This document shows positions 7,293 through 12,213 of a stretch of 12,213 nucleotides of DNA, one piece after another (position 1 is the stretch's first letter; every line of letters starts with the position of its first letter). The notes under the pieces were generated by a model. That model was not told where the DNA came from. It made no database searches and was given only the letters and a program-made list of their open reading frames with translations. The stretch is from assembly GCA_030637655.1 (NCBI GenBank), contig DAOWGI010000053.1, positions 1-12,213 on the forward strand. Direction: 5' to 3'. This stretch comes from a candidate division FCPU426 bacterium (GTDB lineage Bacteria; Oederibacteriota; JAAXVQ01; JAUVAV01). Both the position numbers and the translations under genes were made by a program.

Positions 7293-7296
7293 GGGA

Positions 7297-8403
7297 TTAT
7301 CCTTTGGCCAATTCAATCAATTTTCGCGCCAACGTCGCTGCCGCCTCTTTGGGATAATCCGCACGCAATACCGCGCCGCATTCACGCATATATTTTAGAC
7401 GCTTTAATATTTTTTCCAGACGCGTGAGCAAATTGCCGGCCCCTACGTCTTTATCCTCCATCACATCTGCAGATCCGCACTTCTGCAGCACTGCTGCATT
7501 GTGCGCCTGATGATTGCCTGTCGCAAAAGGATACGGAATCAACAACGCCGGTTTACCCGTGGCCGACAACTCGGCAATAGTCCCGGCCCCGGCTCGTGCG
7601 ACTACCAAATCCGCAGCCGCGTAGGCGTTTGGTACATCATGAATAAAATCACGCACCACACTAGGCATACTCACTTTCTCACAAACCTGTTGCGCCATTT
7701 TCAAATCCGCTTCCCCGGTCATCCAGAGCAATTGCAGATCCGGTATACGCTTACTTAATGGCAACAGCATTTCCGCCACTGCCCGGTTAATCCGCCGGGC
7801 TGCCTGGCTGCCGGGAAACACAAAAAGTACGCGTTGCTTCGGATCCAGGCCAAAGGCCCGGCATCCTTCTGCTCGCGAAGGACCCAAAAGATCTTCCCGT
7901 AAAGGAAAGCCGGTAACCATGACTTTATGCTTCGGAAAATACTTGCCGGTCTGGGCATGACTTACTCCCACCCAAGTCACCCAGCGTCCCAAAAGACGAT
8001 TGGTTAAACCGGGGGTGTAATTGCTTTCATGAATTATACTGGGTAACCCCAGACTGGCTGTTGCCAGCATTACCGGACCGCACACATATCCTCCTGTACC
8101 CAAAACGGCTTTTACCTGCAGCTGACAAAGCAATGACCGCGCTGTTTGCCAGCCTCTGCCTGCTTGCCAAATCGTCTTTAGATTGCGCAGAGTAAACGAT
8201 CGCGCGAACCCGCTGACGCGCAATCCGTAAAACGGTATCCGGGCTCGCGTAATAATCTCGCGTTCCATACCGTCTTCTCTGCCGAAATAACAGACCGTGT
8301 ATTCCGGTGCCTGGCGTCTCAGTTCCCGGATCACTGCCAGAGCCGGAAAAATATGTCCGCCCGTACCTCCACCACAAATACCTATGGCACTATTTTCCGT
8401 CAC
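7297..8403 (-). CDS. murG: Undecaprenyl-PP-MurNAc-pentapeptide N-acetylglucosamine transferase
   Basis: Motifs GGGTGGHIFPALA, GTGGYV, HESN..PG..NR, RAGAGTIAE and P.P....HQ..NA. The GTG overlaps the ftsW stop (GTGA). Confidence 0.98.
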   Translation of the reverse strand: MTENSAIGICGGGTGGHIFPALAVIRELRRQAPEYTVCYFGREDGMEREIITRARIPFYGLRVSGFARSFTLRNLKTIWQAGRGWQTARSLLCQLQVKAVLGTGGYVCGPVMLATASLGLPSIIHESNYTPGLTNRLLGRWVTWVGVSHAQTGKYFPKHKVMVTGFPLREDLLGPSRAEGCRAFGLDPKQRVLFVFPGSQAARRINRAVAEMLLPLSKRIPDLQLLWMTGEADLKMAQQVCEKVSMPSVVRDFIHDVPNAYAAADLVVARAGAGTIAELSATGKPALLIPYPFATGNHQAHNAAVLQKCGSADVMEDKDVGAGNLLTRLEKILKRLKYMRECGAVLRADYPKEAAATLARKLIELAKG

Positions 8404-9509
8404 AGCTCCTCCGCCGGATGATAACGGGAAATCGAAAGCAATATGCCAACAGCCAGCAGCGAAAAAAAGAGCGATGAACCGCCGGCACTGATAAACGGCA
8501 GGGTGGTCCCTTTGGTCGGCACCAGACCGGTAGTCACTCCCATGTTAATCACCACCTGCACGCCCAAAAGTAACGTCACACCACTGGCCAACAATTTTCC
8601 AAAGCGATCAGAACAGCGGCGGGCAATTCCGAAGCCTTTCCACAACAAAAAAGCAAACAACAAGACTAAGCCAAAGGTTCCCATAAAACCCAATTCCTCG
8701 CCAACAATGCTGAAAATAAAATCCGTGTGCGGCGCCGGCAAATAAAAGAGTTTCTGTTGACTTTCACATAGACCGCGTCCCCACAGGCCTCCGCTGCCCA
8801 GAGCTAAAAACGACTGGATCACTTGAAATCCTTTGCCCAGGGGTTCTTGCCAAGGATCCAAAAACGCATCCCAGCGTCTGCGGCGATAATCCACCTGATA
8901 GATTAAAGCAAACATCACAGGCAGGGCTGCCAATCCCAAACTGACCAGATGCGACAAACGTGCTCCGGCAATATAAATCAGAGCACACCCCACCAGCACA
9001 ATAATGATCGCGGTCCCCAAATCCGGTTGACAGAGCAACAACAAAGACGCCGCGCCCAACACCATCAGGTGGGGCAACACACCCCGCACAAACGAGGTCA
9101 TCATTTTCTCTTTACGTGTCAGCACCTCAGCCAGGTAAACCACCATAACGACTTTCAGTAATTCCGCCGGCTGGAAAGAAATCGGACCCAGCGACAGCCA
9201 GCGTCGCGCGCCGCCTACGGTCTTGCCGATGGACAAGACCAATACCGCAACCAACAATACCGCGCAAATGACCATGGCCGGTTTTACCCATTTACGCAAT
9301 TGAGTATATGGATAGCGCGCCATGACCCACATCCCCGCGAATCCCAGCAGCGCCCACACCATTTGCCGCTTAATAAAAAAATAGGAATCTCCAAAATTCT
9401 TCATGGCCAAAATGGCCGATGAGGAATACACCATAACCAATCCCATACCTACTAAAATAGTAGTCGCAACAAAAAACGAGATATCAATGTTACCCTGCTG
9501 ACGCATCAT
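8400..9509 (-). CDS. ftsW: SEDS peptidoglycan polymerase FtsW
   Basis: Polytopic membrane protein with GARRW, FQPAE..K, QPDLGT, LPAPHTDFIF..GEELG and LPFISAGGSS. Lies between murD and murG, with an ATGA overlap to the murD stop. Confidence 0.97.
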   Translation of the reverse strand: MMRQQGNIDISFFVATTILVGMGLVMVYSSSAILAMKNFGDSYFFIKRQMVWALLGFAGMWVMARYPYTQLRKWVKPAMVICAVLLVAVLVLSIGKTVGGARRWLSLGPISFQPAELLKVVMVVYLAEVLTRKEKMMTSFVRGVLPHLMVLGAASLLLLCQPDLGTAIIIVLVGCALIYIAGARLSHLVSLGLAALPVMFALIYQVDYRRRRWDAFLDPWQEPLGKGFQVIQSFLALGSGGLWGRGLCESQQKLFYLPAPHTDFIFSIVGEELGFMGTFGLVLLFAFLLWKGFGIARRCSDRFGKLLASGVTLLLGVQVVINMGVTTGLVPTKGTTLPFISAGGSSLFFSLLAVGILLSISRYHPAEEL

Positions 9510-10891
9510 AACCCCTTCGTTTCCGCCTTCAGTTGGGCCACAATCGCTTTAAAGCGCTCTCCGCGTTCTTCGAAATTTTTAAATTGATCAAAACTCGCGC
9601 ATCCCGGCGAAAAGAGTACCACGTCTCCCTCGCCGGCAATATTGGCTGCCGAACGCACAGCAGCTTCCAGGTCTTCCGCATGAATGATCTGCACAGTACC
9701 TTCTATTTGTTTGGCAATCACTTCTGCCGCTTCACCCATAACCACCACAGCTCGTGCCTGCTGTATCAACAGGTCTTTTAATACTTGAAAATCGCCGTTT
9801 TTGTCCCGGCCTCCCAGAATCAAAACAACCGGTGATTTGTGGCTCTGCAAGGCTTTGGTCACCGCATCCACATTGGTTGCCTTGGAATCATTGATATACC
9901 ATACACCGGAAATTCGTTTCACCGGTTCCAGACGATGCGTCACTCCGCGGAACTTGCGCAAGGTTTCCACCAGACTTTTAGGCGCAATCCCCAGACTTAC
10001 GGCCGCTGCAATCGCGGCCAGAGCATTTTCCAAATTATGCGGCCCGGGAATAAGCAGCTCATCTGAAAGCATCAACTCACCCTGACCCAGTCCAAATAAC
10101 CGGAAGCATATCCGGCCGCGTTCCACCCAAGTCCCCTCAATTTCCGGCGGACGCAGAGCGGAAAACGTAAGCAAACGACTCTTAGTTTGATTGGCCAACA
10201 AGGGCGTATATTTGTCTTCCGCATTGAGCACTAAGATATCGTTGGATTTTTGATTGCTCATAATGCGGGCTTTGGCCTCGATATAATTTTGCATGTTCGA
10301 ATAACGATCCAAATGATCCGGCGTGATATTCAATATCACTGCCACCTGCGGACGAAAATGACGAATGGTTTCCAGCTGAAAGCTGGACACTTCCAGTACT
10401 ACCACACTATTTTCCGGTATTGTTTCCACCACTTCGGAAAACGGCAACCCCATGTTCCCTGCCAGAACACAGGGCACTCCGGCATCCTCGATCATTTGCG
10501 CCAGCAAATGCACGGTCGTGGTCTTACCATTGGTCCCGGTCACGGCCGCAATACGGTTGGTGCAAAAAGAATACGCCAGTTCCAATTCCGAAATAACCGG
10601 AATATTCAAGGCCAGGGCCTCTTGCATAATCGGTTGTTCTAAATAAACTCCGGGTGAGAGAACCACCAATTCCGCGGATTTTAAACTATCCGGATGATGC
10701 CCGCCGGTTTCAATAGTAATGCCCAAGGGCTCTAATTTTTCTATGGACGCAGACAAGTCGTCGGCCGCTTTGATGTCTGTAATGGTCACCTTAGCTCCCT
10801 GACGATGCAAAAGCGCGGCTGCGGCACAGCCGCTACGGGCCATTCCCACCACCAGCACTTTTTTGTCTTTGAGTTCCAGTTTTTCTTTCAT
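9506..10891 (-). CDS. murD: UDP-N-acetylmuramoyl-L-alanine--D-glutamate ligase
   Basis: Motifs VVGMARSG, SPG, VTGTNGKTTT, LEVSSFQL, LNITPDHLDRY, NDSKATN and SPGCASFDQF.NFEERG. ATG at 10891 with upstream GGAG is preferred over 10918. Confidence 0.98.
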   Translation of the reverse strand: MKEKLELKDKKVLVVGMARSGCAAAALLHRQGAKVTITDIKAADDLSASIEKLEPLGITIETGGHHPDSLKSAELVVLSPGVYLEQPIMQEALALNIPVISELELAYSFCTNRIAAVTGTNGKTTTVHLLAQMIEDAGVPCVLAGNMGLPFSEVVETIPENSVVVLEVSSFQLETIRHFRPQVAVILNITPDHLDRYSNMQNYIEAKARIMSNQKSNDILVLNAEDKYTPLLANQTKSRLLTFSALRPPEIEGTWVERGRICFRLFGLGQGELMLSDELLIPGPHNLENALAAIAAAVSLGIAPKSLVETLRKFRGVTHRLEPVKRISGVWYINDSKATNVDAVTKALQSHKSPVVLILGGRDKNGDFQVLKDLLIQQARAVVVMGEAAEVIAKQIEGTVQIIHAEDLEAAVRSAANIAGEGDVVLFSPGCASFDQFKNFEERGERFKAIVAQLKAETKGL

Positions 10892-10940
10892 CAGCCAATC
10901 TCCATAATCATTTGACATCGGTCTTTTTCATACCACTTGC

Positions 10941-12026
10941 CTAGCGCAACTTCAGCGTACTTAAGGCAAAGACTGCCAGCATAATCCCCACAATCCAAAA
11001 GCGGATAATAATTTTGGATTCCGACCACCCCTTCATCTCAAAATGATGATGCAAGGGAGCCATAAGGAATATCCGCTTGCCGGTCAACTTAAAACTCCCG
11101 ACCTGCAAAATGACCGAAAGCACCTCAAGCACAAAAATCCCGCCCACAATGATCAAAAGCGCTTCTTGTTTGATCAAAACCGCCATAGTACCCAATACCC
11201 CTCCCAAGGAGAGCGAACCGGTATCGCCCATGAAGACTTCCGCCGGGTGGCTGTTGAACCACAAAAATCCCAGTGCCGCGCCCACCAAAGCGCTGCAGAC
11301 CACGGTCAGCTCACCTCCACCCGGAATAAAAATCACTTTCAAATAACCGGCAAATTTCACATTCGCCACCACATAACTCATTACTGTAAACGTGGCTGCC
11401 ACCAGGGCGAGCGAACCAATCGCCAGACCGTCCAGACCATCGGTGAGATTAACCGCGTTGCTGGCATAGGTAATCACCAACATCCCGACCATAAAATACA
11501 ACCAATTGGACAGACACACCGGTTGATTGAAAAAGGGCAAATTGATACAAGTGCGCTGCGTCCACTCCCGTCCCCAGTACAAAATCAAACCCATGATTAG
11601 CGCGCTGCCGATAAGCTGCAGAATAAGTTTTTGCCGCGCAATCAACCCTTCGGATTGATGCCGAATGGTTTTCAAGTAATCATCCAAAAAACCAACTAAG
11701 CCAAACCAGACCAGAGCCAGGGTAATAATCCAAACACCGGAAAACTCCCAGCGCGCCCATAAAACAATACTGGTCAAAATGGCAATAAGTATAATTAATC
11801 CGCCCATCGTGGGTGTGCCGGCTTTCTGTAAATGCCGATCCGGTCCATCTTCGCGAATGTTTTGACTCACGCCCTTCTTTTTCAGCATCCGAATAATCAG
11901 CGGACCTAAAAGCAAACAAAGCAAAAACGCGGTTAGTGCCGCATACACCGAACGAAAGGTAATGTAACGAAACACATTCAAAACCGACCACATGTCTGCC
12001 AATGGATAAAGCAAATAATAAAGCAC
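10941..12026 (-). CDS. mraY: Phospho-N-acetylmuramoyl-pentapeptide transferase
   Basis: Motifs KAGTPTMGG, GFLDDY.K, NAVNLTDGLDGL, FMGDTGS and MAPLHHHFE. GTG start with an AGGAGG SD at 12036-12041. Confidence 0.99.
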   Translation of the reverse strand: MLYYLLYPLADMWSVLNVFRYITFRSVYAALTAFLLCLLLGPLIIRMLKKKGVSQNIREDGPDRHLQKAGTPTMGGLIILIAILTSIVLWARWEFSGVWIITLALVWFGLVGFLDDYLKTIRHQSEGLIARQKLILQLIGSALIMGLILYWGREWTQRTCINLPFFNQPVCLSNWLYFMVGMLVITYASNAVNLTDGLDGLAIGSLALVAATFTVMSYVVANVKFAGYLKVIFIPGGGELTVVCSALVGAALGFLWFNSHPAEVFMGDTGSLSLGGVLGTMAVLIKQEALLIIVGGIFVLEVLSVILQVGSFKLTGKRIFLMAPLHHHFEMKGWSESKIIIRFWIVGIMLAVFALSTLKLR

Positions 12027-12042
12027 GAAACAACCCCTCCTG

Positions 12043-12070
12043 GCAGGGGCGACCGGCCGGTCGCCCCTAC
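12043..12070. repeat. GTAG-family REP palindrome between murF and mraY
   Basis: Minus strand reads GTAGGGGCGACCGG|CCGGTCGCCCCTGC. The core 12045-12068 is a perfect 24-bp palindrome, and the one outer mismatch is a U.G pair in the mRNA. Confidence 0.85.
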
Positions 12071-12081
12071 TTAATTATTCC

Positions 12082-12213
12082 CTATCTTCCTGACCAGCGT
12101 TTAAAATCATCCACAAAAGCTTCCAGTCCGATTCCACGGGATCCTTTGACCAGTATCATATCTCCCTGAATGGACAAATGCGGTTTCAGTGTGTCCAACA
12201 CCTCAGCCGCAGA
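12082..12213 (-). CDS. murF: UDP-N-acetylmuramoyl-tripeptide--D-alanyl-D-alanine ligase, C-terminal fragment (5' part outside the window)
   Basis: Not in the ORF track. Manual translation gives SAAEVLDTLKPHLSIQGDMILVKGSRGIGLEAFVDDFKRWSGR*, which contains the MurF C-terminal D..LVKGSRG motif. It lies directly upstream of mraY. Confidence 0.9.
   Translation of the reverse strand, partial: SAAEVLDTLKPHLSIQGDMILVKGSRGIGLEAFVDDFKRWSGR

Noticed and set aside
552..11600. The many other plus-strand ORFs and short alternative-frame minus-strand ORFs in the track
   Set aside because: All lie within well-supported dcw genes and show no independent motifs that I can recognise.
14..12070. CRISPR array or integron attC interpretation of the ~28-bp palindromes
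   Set aside because: The units are not identical direct repeats, are not regularly spaced, have no cas or integrase gene nearby, and separate core housekeeping genes.

Overview
This window is the distal part of a bacterial division/cell-wall (dcw) operon, encoded entirely on the minus strand: murF (3' end only), mraY, murD, ftsW, murG, murC, ddl, a divergent ftsQ, ftsA, ftsZ, and an AmiC-like N-acetylmuramoyl-L-alanine amidase whose start overlaps the ftsZ stop. murB is absent from its usual slot between murC and ddl. The coding content is housekeeping and I see no new multi-gene system. The more interesting signal is non-coding. Six GTAG-tagged REP-type hairpins with variable, co-varying stems fill most intergenic gaps, and three of them begin 3-11 nt after a stop codon. 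A 137-bp MITE-like element with GTAA-starting terminal inverted repeats and an internal TGTC-tagged double hairpin sits between murG and murC. A second diverged copy of its right end lies downstream of the amidase, next to a GTAG REP doublet. All gene calls rest on motif recognition by eye; no database search was run.
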